From the human T2T-CHM13v2.0 reference genome, Homo sapiens, in the NCBI RefSeq assembly GCF_009914755.1, contig NC_060926.1: DNA of 64,000 nucleotides; one strand, 5' to 3'. The position numbers and the translations under genes were made by a program. Numbering within the stretch: position 1 is the first letter of the stretch; every line of letters starts with the position of its first letter. This document shows, piece after piece, positions 40,700-52,751 of the stretch. The notes under the pieces were generated by a model. It was given only the letters and a program-made list of their open reading frames with translations, was not told where the DNA came from and ran no database searches.

Positions 40700-42400
40700 A
40701 TTTTAATGAGAAAATATGATTTTTTATGTTGCTTTGACACTTTGGGATATAATAAAGGTGAAGCTGTAAATTCAGTTCATTTTTTGTACTAAATCATAGT
40801 TGAAAAGTGCATATGACAAAAGTACATAAATCCAAACAGAAGGGCATTATCAACTGTGCCTTTTACATTTTGGTATCACATTTCAATTCCATTCAACAAT
40901 TATACCTAGACCTGTTGCTGTTACTAAAATACACCTACTGAATTTTCTTTTCATCAATGTAAGTGAGTTGTTCTTGCAAGTGAATTAAGAAATTAGTGCA
41001 CTTTTTAAATTTTATCAAATGGATTCAAAACACTATAACTCATTTTAGAAAATTTAAAATAGGTTAAAGATGTTTTTGTACATTTTCACAATGTACAGAT
41101 TTGAGAGTTTCGTTGTCATTGCTGAGATATGTTTTGATGATAAATTCACATTATCATAGAATCACTTCCAGACATCTAATTTCGAATTGCCCATTTACTC
41201 TCCACAGCGTACGTTTATCTCAAAAAAGCAGTCACTTTCTCATTTGTTGTTTATAAATCACCTATGAGTTGACGTTATATACTTTAGGTAATTATTTTTG
41301 TATGTGTGAATTTATTTATATTTAATTTAGTAATTTAAAAAATACCTGGTTGGTAGCATCTGCGGTTAACTAGCACTCAGCACCTGTGTCCCCCATGGAT
41401 CACTTGCATTCAAATAATAATAATTTTCATAACTCTTTTCTAAATTTGACAGCTCTTCTGAGTACTTTGCCATGTGATCTGCAGCAAACGTATGTGTGCT
41501 ATGAAATATTTTCATATGTATTTCCCTTGTCTTTAAAAGATATTGCAACATTTTAATTGACACTTTATCAGGAATAACCCTGTGAATGACTGATACCTGA
41601 CCGGATCTTGTTGTATTATAACTGTTGTTGTTAATTGCACAAAGCATCACCGATTACCCTTCTATAATTTTTTCCATGCAATATTATTTCATTAAATGAA
41701 TGCTTTGCTGTTCAGAATGGAGCTTGTTTCTGACAGGTCTTTCTTTTGTAGATCACAAAGAAGTTGTTCTTTGTGTATTTCATTATTGAAACTGAACTTT
41801 GCAAGTATCAGAATGTTGGGCATGTTAGAAACATCTGTACTTTAACTCAGCTGTGTAGAAAACCCCTCAAACTGAATAATTTATTCACACATTGGTGCCC
41901 TTCAATCTTCAGTAATATTTTTGTTCATCTTCCAAAAGTGTTTGAAGGCGAAGGGCACGATTTTGTACGTGCCACCTTGTTTTGTGAATTATTTCAGCAA
42001 AGTAGGAAGGAAAGGTGTTTTAAATTGATATTGCTCCTTGTTCTTTTCTATTAAGAAAGAAAACTCAAAGGGGGCATCTAGAGAATTCCCATTGAGTGAG
42101 CGGAATTTTGCAACGTATAGGACTGAATCATGTAAAAATTTTAGCATTTCCAAAAATATGATACATGTTTGTCTTCATATTCGGATACTGGGGTTTTAAA
42201 GGTCTTACTAATTGTGTTGGATTTGTACTTTCTTAGCTAATACCTCAAGGTCCTATGCACAGAGTAAATTAATAATAGTGGATGAAAATATTGTTTCAAA
42301 TAATTTCACATAATGTTAAACTTTGTTTGTGCTCTTGTCAAATCTTATGAGATGACTTTTGTTTTAACCCGGTTATAACTAGTTGATAACTTGCTTCAGA
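40700..42400 (-). mobile_element. Fossil hAT (Charlie-type) transposase gene, heavily decayed
   Basis: Minus-strand translation gives FSTQLS*STDVSNMPNILILAKFSFNNEIHKEQLLCDL (41862-41749; cf. hAT F-x-L-Q-L-DESTD), HLQEQLTYIDE (~40950-40985) and LLFGFMYFCHMHFSTM (40842-40795; cf. C-terminal LPFxSTYLCExxFS). Confidence 0.8.
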
Positions 42401-42723
42401 AGGAAAACGTACACCAGCTGTTTTATTTGTGTTCACTTATGTTTGCAATATTATTGTTTATTGTTATTATTATTAACCTCAATCCATTGCTTACTGCAAG
42501 GATACTTCTAAGGTATCTATCCATTTTGGAGGGCTGACAGAGTTAAAAATAAAGTAATGTATAAATGCACCTTGCCAGAGACAAGTAAACTGCAGTAGCT
42601 CATGACACTGAACACACAGAAGTGCATGGGCCACCACCATCAACCACCTGCCCCAGGGTCAGTTCTGTCTTCCCCGGGAAGATCATCTGCCCCAGTGGAG
42701 GGAGAGCACCAGGGCACACCGGT

Positions 42724-43697
42724 GCAGGTGGTTCTGCTCCAATGTTGATTTCACATTCACATTTGTTGCAACGAGGTTGATATTAGGGAACAATTTGACA
42801 ATAAGGCAAATTTTGTGTTTGTGTATGTGTGATTTCATTTGCAAGAAATGCCAGGTGAACACAGAACTGCACGCAGCTGATCTGAGACTAGGAACGCACA
42901 AGTGCATGCACACACACCCCAGCATTTTCCAACCTCCAGTTCACCTCACGTGTTAGAAGCCTCACCACCCACCTCTGGGGCTACAACTTTCCCTCCCAAT
43001 CCAGATCACCCACTGTTTAAATCCATTTAGGCTGTTGTAACAAAATATCTTAGACTGGGTAATTTATAAACAAGATTAATTTATTGCTCACAGTTCTGGA
43101 GACTGGGAAGTCCAAGATCAAAGCACCAGCAGATTTGATGTCTGGAAGGGTCTGTTCCTCATAGATGCCACCCTCCTATGTGACCTCACATAGGGGGAGG
43201 AGCAGACAAACTCCCTCAGGCCTCTTTTATAAATGCAACCATCCCATTCATGAGGGTGGCATCTTCATGAAATCTTCATGACCTAATCACCTCCCAAAGA
43301 CCTCACCCCCTAATACCACGACATTGGGGGTTAGGGTTTTAATATATGAAGTTTGGAGGGACACACATTCAGATCATAGCCTCCTACTCCCCCCATTTCA
43401 CCACAGTGCACAAGCTGCAACCCCAGTACCCACACTCTCAAGCAAGCTTCAGGCCTTTTTCAAGGTTAAGCACCATAGTTTCTGTAGTATTTATGCATAT
43501 GTTAATCATTTAGCCTGTGTAAAACTATACTACTGTTTTTATTAGGTCACTATTCTTTATGTCATGGACAAAAATTTAGAATGATGTGTCGCTAGTCCCA
43601 TTTATCCCCAACAACCCTGTGGTTTCTATTATCCAGTGTTGCATAGGATGGGGATTTTTAGACGCATTTGCATCCTGTTACAGTGGAACTGACTGTA
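42724..43697 (+). mobile_element. Tigger13a-like DNA transposon split by an MLT1A-like LTR
   Basis: attagggaacaatttga...aggtgaacacagaactgcac (5' part) and aagcaagcttcaggcc...ggaactgactgta (3' part) flank the LTR. Confidence 0.65.
43014..43381 (-). mobile_element. MaLR solo LTR, MLT1A-like
   Basis: tttattgctcacagttctggagactgggaagtccaagatcaaagcaccagcag...catgacctaatcacctcccaaag...cattcagatcatagc. Confidence 0.85.
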
Positions 43698-45391
43698 AAA
43701 TATAACTTTCTTCTTTCTCATCAATATAACTTTCTTCTTTCTCATCTCTTCCATCACTTGTAACCAAAAGCATTCCAAACTCTCCAGGAACCTAAATTAG
43801 ACTTGGGAGCCAGGAAAAGTTTATTGGAGAAGGATGGGAAGGAAAACGACTTCTGGCCAAGAAGGCAGTAAATCTCTCAATGTTGCATCAGGTGCTTTGG
43901 ATGCATTATTTCAAATACTCCTCACAACAATCCCATGAGCAAGGCATTAGGGCCTTTATTTTATACACATGAAATGGAGGTCTGGCGGCATCGAGGACTT
44001 CACTGAAGGTCAGGCAGCTTTTGCAGCCATTGAAACACCAACACTGAGAATCTTTCCACTCCATCATGTGTGGCTGGAAGGGCTCACTACCAGAGTGTCC
44101 TGGTCTGCACTCCACCAGAGGCCCTAATAAAAATCCAGGGTCCCACTCCTCAGAAAGACATACATTGAAAGACTAGTGAGCTCTTGCCTCCTCTAAGGAG
44201 AGAAACATCCACTAGCAAAGCCCAACAAGATGGTGGGATAGAGGCCTCTGAGCCATGGGTCTAAGCACTCCATCCCCTACCTTGAAGTGACACATGGTGG
44301 CTCTAAGGGGCACATTTTATCCAAAGTTCATGGAAGGGGCAGCTCCTGTGGAATCCACTCCTAAGTGGCGCTCACTCGGTGGTTCCACTGGCAGTGCTCC
44401 AAGTACCAGTTCCTCCTGCTGCATGCACCACGGGGCCATTGCCAAGGGTGGCTTCCATCAGAAGCAGCTGTGTGCATTGCTCCAAGGAAGGCAACAACGC
44501 CTGGAAACAGCTGCTTCCAGTACCTGGCTCTTACGGGGGCTCTCACGGCATCCCAGCATTTCCTGTCTATTAAAACAGATGTTCTCTCTCTGGCTGCCAG
44601 CCAGATTGGCATCATCTTTCCACATGGTAGCAGGCACCGGCTGTGTATATGTGAGGAAGTTACTTTGACTTTCTTAGTTTCAGTTTCCTCTTACATAAAA
44701 TAGAATGAATGCCTCTCAACATTGTCATAGAGATTAATTGTGATAAAATATGTACAGAGTATGACTGTAAAAAGCAATCAATACATCCCCCATCCTGTGT
44801 GCGTGTGTGTGTGTGTTTCCTCTCTCCTTTGGACAACAGTTTCATGAGAAGGTTCCAGACGAGTTACTTTGCTATGACACAGCTCACTCAGTATTAGCCG
44901 CTTTTTAGAACGGAGAAACAAAGGCTGCTAAAGAAGGGATACTAGAAGAAAGAAAAAGAGTATGATGAAAAGAGTGTAAAATGTGAAATCTAAGTGACTG
45001 AGTGTGCATCCTCACTCCATCGTGCACTCGACTTATGATAGCAGGCATTGCCTCGGGAGCCTCAGGGTCCTCTCTAGCCCAGTGGGGAGAGCCCGGCCCT
45101 GTGGGCCCAGATTACTTAGCAGTGGCTGAGCAGGATGGGTGCATTGTCTGGAGGGCTGCCCTGAGCTCAGACCCCCATAGCAAGGGGAGAGGCGAGGGAG
45201 GAGCAGGTTCTGGAGCAGCCTGAACCCCTTTTCACCAAAGGTCGCCAGTTACAGAATACTCCAGCAAAGCTGGGCTCCCTACCCACAGACACCCTGGGTC
45301 AGACCCTTCCCTGTTAACTCCAAGCATCTCAGTCCTCCTTATACTTGCACCTGGGGATAGGGCAGTGGAGAGCGGCCCCTTCCTTGGCAAG

Positions 45392-45678
45392 CACACATGT
45401 GCACACCAACATATACACACAATACACACACACACTCTCTACACAACAATATACACACATACCCAATATACACACTATACACACATACACAATTTATACA
45501 CTATATATATGCACATGCACACATATACACACATATATGTACATCCGTACACACACATATGCAATACATACACACCACACACATATGCACACATATACCA
45601 CATATACGTACATACAACACATGCACACAATACACATACAAACACACAATACACACATACCACACACGCTGCACATGC
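45392..45678 (+). repeat. Cryptic (CA/TA)n simple repeat
   Basis: cacacatgtgcacacc...atacacacatacc tract. Confidence 0.92.
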
Positions 45679-48214
45679 CGTAGAGTCCGGGCCAGCATAC
45701 TGCTGTAAGGTGGGAGCCCAGGGGGTGTCACACCCCCTCTTCTTGCTAACCCTTGGGTTACCCATTTCCCCAGTTAACACACGCCTGTCAAACACGTGCT
45801 GTATGGAAACTGATCTGAGTCCGGTTGACCAACAGCACAGCAGGGATAACAATTCTTAACTTGTGGGATTGGAGTTAGTGCTGAATAAATTACCACGTGT
45901 CAGTACCAAGCCCACAGTCGGCCCCTAGGAGACCCATATAAAGGACTGATTTTACTTCCCACAGCACTGAGACCGGGCGAGAACCCAGGCCTGGTAACCC
46001 CGTCCGTCCTTATTCCTTCCACTTACTTGTCTAGAATCAATGGAAATGTGGACCTCGGGAAATGTGGTCTTTCCCAGCTCCTCCCTGGGAGACAAGCATC
46101 AGCATCACATTTAGGACTGGGAAGCAGGGCTGTCTCCTGGAGATGCATCCAGTTCCCTGATAGGGTGGCTTTACGATTCATGTTTGCGGAGTATTTCAGG
46201 AGATTTTAGGGAAGAAAGAACAATTTTTTCTGGGATCTTTGTGCTTTTTCTGTTTTCTCAAAGTGGCACGTGAATAAATTCAGCTTCATCCAAAAAGAGG
46301 AACAGGTTGTCCTAAATTCTGTGCCCGCGAGTTACCATCAAATTTCACAACAACCACTTAGCAAAGTGGGTGCAGCAAAGGCCACTTTAGCCCTCCGGGC
46401 CGGATGCCCAGGTAAGCAGCCCGAGAATGCTGGCCAACCCCGTCCCTCGTGCTGTTGTACCAGGCTCTCACGCGGGCCTTGCTTCCTCCTCTCGGGGGCC
46501 AAGGTTGTTCTTTGGTTGTTAGTAGACCTGGCTTCTCTGACTGGATAGCGGGTATGTGCCAGCGTGCACCTGAGCACCTCCCCTCCTCCTTCCCATCAGG
46601 CTCCATCTGCACTCAGGCACTGCACCTCCTGCTCAGAAACCTCCGGAAATTAGCCTAGTTGGCCTATGACCCAGCCAGGAGCTCCAGTCACTCTCCAGGG
46701 AACTCTGGACAGAGAGAAATAGTAACCTTGCTGGTCTATTGCATTTTTTAGTCAAAATGTTCACTATAAATGCATTTTCCTGTGCACTTAGTTTGGCATA
46801 CCTCTTAGAACATAATTAATGTCTTCCCATTTGAAAAAGAAAACAGAACAATTTATGGTACCTTCTCCTGCATACCAGAAGGAATCCCCATGGGGTTAAA
46901 CATTTTACAAATATCATTCAGGAGGTGGCAGGTTTTTAGAATGAAAATCCCACTGTAAATCATTCCAATGAAAAGAGGATTCCTTGGGAGGCACACAGGC
47001 TTTTTATAGGGCACTTAGCTTCCCCTGGTTCCCTGACCAATGTGCTCTCTGACGCTAACTGAGATTCACTAAGCCTGTAGGAGATGAAAGAGCACCGCAC
47101 CAAGAGTCAGAAGAGCCGACCTCACGTCCTGCGTGACCTTGAGGCATCCCTCATCTGGGCATCCACACTTGCAAAGGGAACGTCCTCACTCTGGCACTTC
47201 AGAAGGTGTTGCCAGGTACCGTAAGGAAGCAGATGCCAGGCACAGTGCAAACATAAACCCTCTGTTGAATGAAGAGTTCAATGAATAAGCAAAGAAATGA
47301 GTGCATTTGCAAATTATAAAATATTTAACAAATGTAATAAATCAGCATATCAATATAAGGAACTGGTATATCAGTGTAAGAACAGATTTTCTGGCTTTAC
47401 ACTTGAGTGAAATGGTAGATTAGTGCTTTATCATTATTCCTCAGCTATACAGAAACAAACTGATAAAAACCAGAGAGAAAAAGAGAGTGAGAAAGAGGAA
47501 GCATGAGGGCACACCAGTGAAGATGCAGGAGAAGGGAAGGGACCACGGTGTGCAGTGCTGGCTCAGTGTGTGTCAACCTGCGTGCATGGTTTCCATGTAG
47601 CCTCTCACTTGCTCTGCACGGCAATGCAAGGTGGTAAAATTGCTTTTGTTTTAATTTGACATACAAGGAAAGTGAAATTAAATCACCTATGTAAAGTCAC
47701 ACAGGAAAAAGCAGGGAAACAGATAAGCTTGGCCACGGATCTGTGGACCACCTTTTATACCTCCTTAAAATGTTGTGCTCCACTGCCTCATGCATCTTCC
47801 CAAGGGAAGATGTTAACACACTTGAAAAATTTAGAGTGCTATAGGAAGAAGAGGTGGTTTTCTCACAGGCTAAGTTACAAATATGACCCCAGGAGAGATA
47901 AAGAGAAGGGAGGAATCTCTCCTCCCTGTAAAAGCTCACAGTATAAACTCTAAAATGTCAAGAAGAGTTAGCTAAAATGGTGGCAAACAGCAGAAAAGGG
48001 ACAATACAGCATTTGAGAAGAAAATTCAGGCAGTAAGGCTAAAACTTCCCGCCAAGGATTACCTCATTTACCAACAAAGATTATGAAATCATTGCTTGAG
48101 GCAATCTGGGCAAACATGATGAAGGCAATTAAGAGGACTTAATCCATACAGCTTGAACTTTGCATGTCAGTCAGGGTTCTCCAGAGAAACAGAAGCAATA
48201 AGAAAGATAGAGGA

Positions 48215-48572
48215 TGATATGGTTTGGCTCTGTTTCCCCGCTCAAATCTCACCTTGAATTGTAATATTTCTCATGGGTTGTGGGAGAGACCCAGTGGAAG
48301 GTAACTGAATCATGGGGGTGGGTTTTTCCCAGGCTGTTCTCATGATAGTGAATAAGTCCCACGAGATCTGATGGTTTTATAAAAGGGAGCTCCCCTGCAC
48401 ATGCCCTCTTTCCTGCCACCACGTAAGATGAGATTTTTCTCCTCTTTGCCTTCCACCATGATTGTGAGACCTCCCCAGCTAATTAAAGTGTGAGTCAATT
48501 AAGCCTCTTTCCTTTATAAATTACCCAGTCTCAGGTATGTCTTTATAAGCAGCATGAGAACAGACTAATACA
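48215..48572 (+). mobile_element. MaLR solo LTR, THE1B/C-like
   Basis: tgatatggtttggctctg...aaattacccagtctcaggtatgtcttta...gagaacagactaataca; imperfect TSD gagga/gatga. Confidence 0.9.
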
Positions 48573-48588
48573 GATGATAGCTATATAG

Positions 48589-48636
<48 letters not shown>
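48589..48636 (+). repeat. (AGAT)12 tetranucleotide microsatellite
   Basis: 12 uninterrupted AGAT units. Confidence 0.95.
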
Positions 48637-48637
<1 letters not shown>

Positions 48638-49387
48638 TAGATGGATGGATAGATAAATGTAGACAGACTGATTGATTATTAGAATGGACTCATGAGATCA
48701 TGAGGTAATTCAGTCTGAGTTCAAAGGCCTGAGTACTGATAAATGGGTAGATGGTTGGGGGATGGGGCAATGGTGTAACTCTCAGTCGAGTCTGAAGGCC
48801 TGAGAATTGGGGGGACACTGGTGTAAGACTCTGAGTTCGAAGGCCCATGAACCAGGAGCTCCAATGCATAAGGACGACAGAGGATGGATGACTCAACTTA
48901 AGCAGAGAGAGGGAACTCACCCTACCTCTTCCTTTTTGCTCTAGCCAGGCCCTCAATGGATTGCCTGATGCCCATCCGCTTTGGTGAGGCTGGGTCTTCT
49001 TTACACAGTTCACCAATCTGAAGGTGAATCTCTTCTGGAAACACCCTCACAGACACACCCAGAAATACAGTTTTACCAGCTCTCTGGGCATCTCTTAGCC
49101 CAGTCAAGTTGATACACAAACTTAGCCATTATACTTGGCCAATACCCAGATAGACAGCATCTGTTCATGACTGTTCCTAGGGTTCTGTTTGGGATGAACA
49201 TCTGCAGTGTATACGCAGCCCTGACGCATAGCCCTCCCCACAGTCCTGTGTGAAAGCACAGTGAGGAGGAAGCAGGGAGGCAGGATATGGGCCAAGTGGG
49301 AAGGGAAGGCCCAAGGAAAGGGCCAGGGACAGGGAGTTTGCATCTGCTGCAGCTGGCTCCACACAGGGGCCTTCTGAGCTCACATGG

Positions 49388-49791
49388 TGATATAGTTTGA
49401 ATACATGTTCCCGCCAAATCTCATGTTGAATTTTAATCCCCAGTATTGGAGGTGGGGCCTGGTGGGAGGTGATTGGACCATGGAGATAGATTTATTGTAA
49501 ATAGTTTAGCAGTATCCCCTTGGTCCTGTCCTCACAATAAGTCAGTGAGTTCTTGCGAGTGTGTGGCACCTCCCCCGTGCTCTCTTGCTCCTGCTATCGC
49601 CCTGTGATGCACCTGCTCCCCATTCAACTCCCTTCATGATTTTAAGCTTCTTGAGGCCTCCCCAGAAGCAATGCCAGTGCTATGTTTTCTATATACAGCC
49701 TATAGAATCATGAGCCAATTAAATCTCTTTTCTTTATAAATTACCCAGCCTCAGGTATTTCTATATAGCAGTGCAAAAGTGACCTAATACA
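49388..49791 (+). mobile_element. MaLR solo LTR, MSTA/B-like
   Basis: tgatatagtttgaata...caaatctcatgttgaa...ggaggtggggcctggtgggaggtgattgga...aattacccagcctcaggtatttc...ctaataca. Confidence 0.88.
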
Positions 49792-50508
49792 CACCGGCTG
49801 AGGACTAGACCTCCACAGCCCATGTGTGAACATGACTGGTCCAGATGGCAGCAGCCCAGCCAGGGGAGGGCCAGCCCCTCCCTAGGAGCACAAGGCCACA
49901 TGCTGAGGGGCCCTGACACCCTGACCATGCCAAGACTTATTTTTCGGAAAAATACGTACACAGCAGAAGCCCGGGAGCCTTGTCCCAGTGCCTCCTTCCA
50001 TTGCAACTTGAACTTGGAATAAATTATCAAGTCCCATTGCTCTCTCAGTTTCCCATCACACATAAACACCCCTCACCCCCTTCATAATCTAAAGCCAAAG
50101 ACCTAGGAGGATGGGTTATGTTTGCAGGAGATATGAAATCACGACACTGAGAGAGAAGCAAAGTAGAAAATAAGAAGGAAAAGAAAAGGTGCCTGCTCCC
50201 CTACTCTCTCCTCTCTCTTGCATCCCAAACCAGCACAGATGACTCCCACATCTTTGAAGGTCACTTTCACATCTCTGGGTTTTGCTAAAGGACCACCCTC
50301 AGCAAATCCCTGCAATCCCTGTCTCCTATTATCCCACTCCCTTTCTGCATCCCATATCTCCCCTTTTCCAAATCTGAAGGATCCTTCAAGGCCCTTTTCA
50401 AACACTGCCCCTACCCTGAAGTTGACTCAGCCTCTCTGATGAGAAACAGAAAGATGACATGGGCTTTGATTCCAACAGTTGCACTCATGGCTTGGAAACT
50501 CCTCAGAC

Positions 50509-51273
50509 TGAAACTGCCTCTGCATAAGAAGATGATGACAGGACAGAGGTCTAGCATGGCTTACTCCCTCTCGCTTCTAGCCTTACAGGCTGGCTATCCG
50601 CACTCACTCCTGGGTATAGACCAAGCTAACCATGGGAGGAATTTAGTTGATCGTTTAACTTGGATGCAAGGAAAATAGTCCCTCCCTAAAACTAACCCCC
50701 TCCTTGCTCAGTGAGTGAAAACTAACAAAAGACCATGAGATTAGGATTATGGGAGAGGCTTGAGTTCTTCTCAAGTGTAGGCATAGTTTCTACAATCCCT
50801 TACTGCTCAGGAGTCATATGGCCAGAGGTCACGAGATCTGTGACTTCCCCAATTGCTTCTACAGATAACATCACCATTGTAGAACCTAAGATTGGTATTT
50901 TGAGATATTGTTTAGATTTCTACATTCTAGCAATCAACTCCATGATTTTTGGTTCTAGTAATCAACTATGAACCTGTGACTCATGACTCAACCAGTCCTG
51001 TGGTCTCCACCCAGAAGCTGAGGACCTCAGCACATGAGGACCACTTTCCACGCCCCTATGACTGACTCCCAGCCAATCAGCAGCACTCCTGTCTACCAAA
51101 TTGGCTATAAAAACCCAACCTCTGAGCTCTTGGAAAGGCTGATTTGAATAATGGACTCCAGTTCTTCCATGTGGCTGCCCTAGCATTAAACTCTTTCTTC
51201 ACTTCAGTACCATGGTCTCAGTGAACTGGTTTTGTCTGTGCAGTGGGCAGGAAGAATGCATTGAGCAATGAGA
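50509..51273 (+). mobile_element. ERV1 solo LTR, LTR8-family (LTR8A/B-like)
   Basis: tgaaactgcc...ctagcatggct...ccaagctaaccatgggaggaatttagtt...gtccctccctaaaactaacccc; TATA-like ctataaaa ~51105; attaaa ~51185. Confidence 0.75.
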
Positions 51274-51324
51274 ACAACTCATGCAGGGATTACTATGTGC
51301 CTTAGTATTAAGTCAGTTAATTAT

Positions 51325-51908
51325 TGTTGGAGCTCAGAAAGTGGTACCTCAGAAATGGCGCTTTCCCATGCTGAGAGGCCTGATATGCTGCTTCAGAATC
51401 AAGGTCCTTCTAACATTGCCTTATTCACCCACGACCCTAGCAAGCACATGGAGGGATGGAGAGACTCCTGGAATGTCCTTATCTGATCAAGAAAGCTTCT
51501 TTCCAAAAGAAACACAATTGCTTTTTTCTCCTTCCTGAAATCTCATTGTCTATCTGGGAAAAGAAGACTGAGGAACGCAAAAGCACCTGCTTTCCGTGTC
51601 TCTGGCTCATTGAAATTCCAAAAAAAAGAATCATTTACAAGTTAATTTCTGTCCATTTATTCTCCATAATAATTATTTGCTGCCCCTCAGAAAAAAGCCC
51701 CCAGTCCCCATCTCCTCCTCCCCTTATGCAAAGGGGAATATAAGCTTCTGTACCCGTTGGGTTGTTGGGCAACCATTCTGTTGTGATTCTCCATGCTATG
51801 CAATGAAAATTAAGTTTTGTATGCTTTTCTCCTATGAATCTGTCTTTTTAAAGTTGATGTTCAATGAACCTTTATAGGGCAAACCGGAAGTTTCCCCTTG
51901 GCCCTACA
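51325..51908 (+). mobile_element. ERV1 solo LTR, MER39/MER34-like, 4-bp TSD TTAT
   Basis: tgttggagctcagaaa...ggaagtttccccttggccctaca; TTAT at 51321-51324 and 51909-51912. Confidence 0.75.
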
Positions 51909-52401
51909 TTATCTAAACAACACTAGGAGGAATTATCATAATAAGTATTATTTAGATTCTAGTTTTAAAGATGGGGATCCTGAGCCAGGGAGGTTAAGTA
52001 ACTTGCCCAAGATCACACAGCTAGCACAACTGAGCCAGGATGCGCATGGCCCAGCCTCAAACTCCAGGCTCCTAATGCCTACACAACACCACCTTGAAGG
52101 CTGCTTGGAGTTTCAAGATATTTTTGGATCCCATGTTAAGAACCATTGGTCTAGCTTATTTGACCTAAGGTGCTATACCTATAATTTATGGCGTTTTGTA
52201 AGAATTGCAGGAAATCATGTAGGTGAAAATACTTTGTAAATTATAAAATATAAATTATTACTCTTGTGGATCATCACTCTTCCCATTGTACCTGGCCCTC
52301 ATGGGACTCCTTTACATCAAGTACTCCTAAGGGAAGCTGCAGGGTTCCTCCATATCCTTGGTCATGAATCATAATCCCAGACTAGTTAAGGCATGTCAGT
52401 C

Positions 52402-52751
52402 TGACATGGTTTGGCTCTGTGTCCTCACCCAAACCTCATCTGAAATTGCAATCCCCATGTGTTGAGGAAGGGAGGTGATTGAATTATGGGAGCGGTTTCC
52501 CCCATGCTTTTCTTGTGATAGTGAATTCTCACGAGACCAGATGACTTTATAAGGCAGTTTCCCCTTCTCGCTCACACACTCTCTCTCTCACCTGCCACCA
52601 CGTAAGAGGTGTCTCTTCCCCTTTTCCCATGATTGTAAGTTTCCTGAGGCCTCCCCAGCTATGCAGAACTGTGAGTAATTAAACTTCTTTTCTTTATAAA
52701 TTACCCAGTCTTGGGCAGTTCTCTGTAACAGTGTGAGAATGGACTAATACA
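52402..52751 (+). mobile_element. MaLR solo LTR, THE1C-like
   Basis: tgacatggtttggctctgtgtcc...aaattacccagtcttgggcagttc...gagaatggactaataca; TSD cagtc/tagtc. Confidence 0.9.

Larger units (their letters stand above)
48165..49133 (-). mobile_element. ERVL solo LTR, MLT2B-like, interrupted by a THE1 LTR and an AGAT STR
   Basis: gtcagggttctccagagaaacagaa at left; ggaaacaccctcacagacacacccagaaata...cccagtcaagttgatacacaaacttagcca at right. Confidence 0.85.

Noticed and set aside
41366-41650. 94-aa ORF initially suggestive of a Helitron helicase or a domesticated gene
   Set aside because: Flanking frames show hAT transposase motifs with multiple stops and frameshifts
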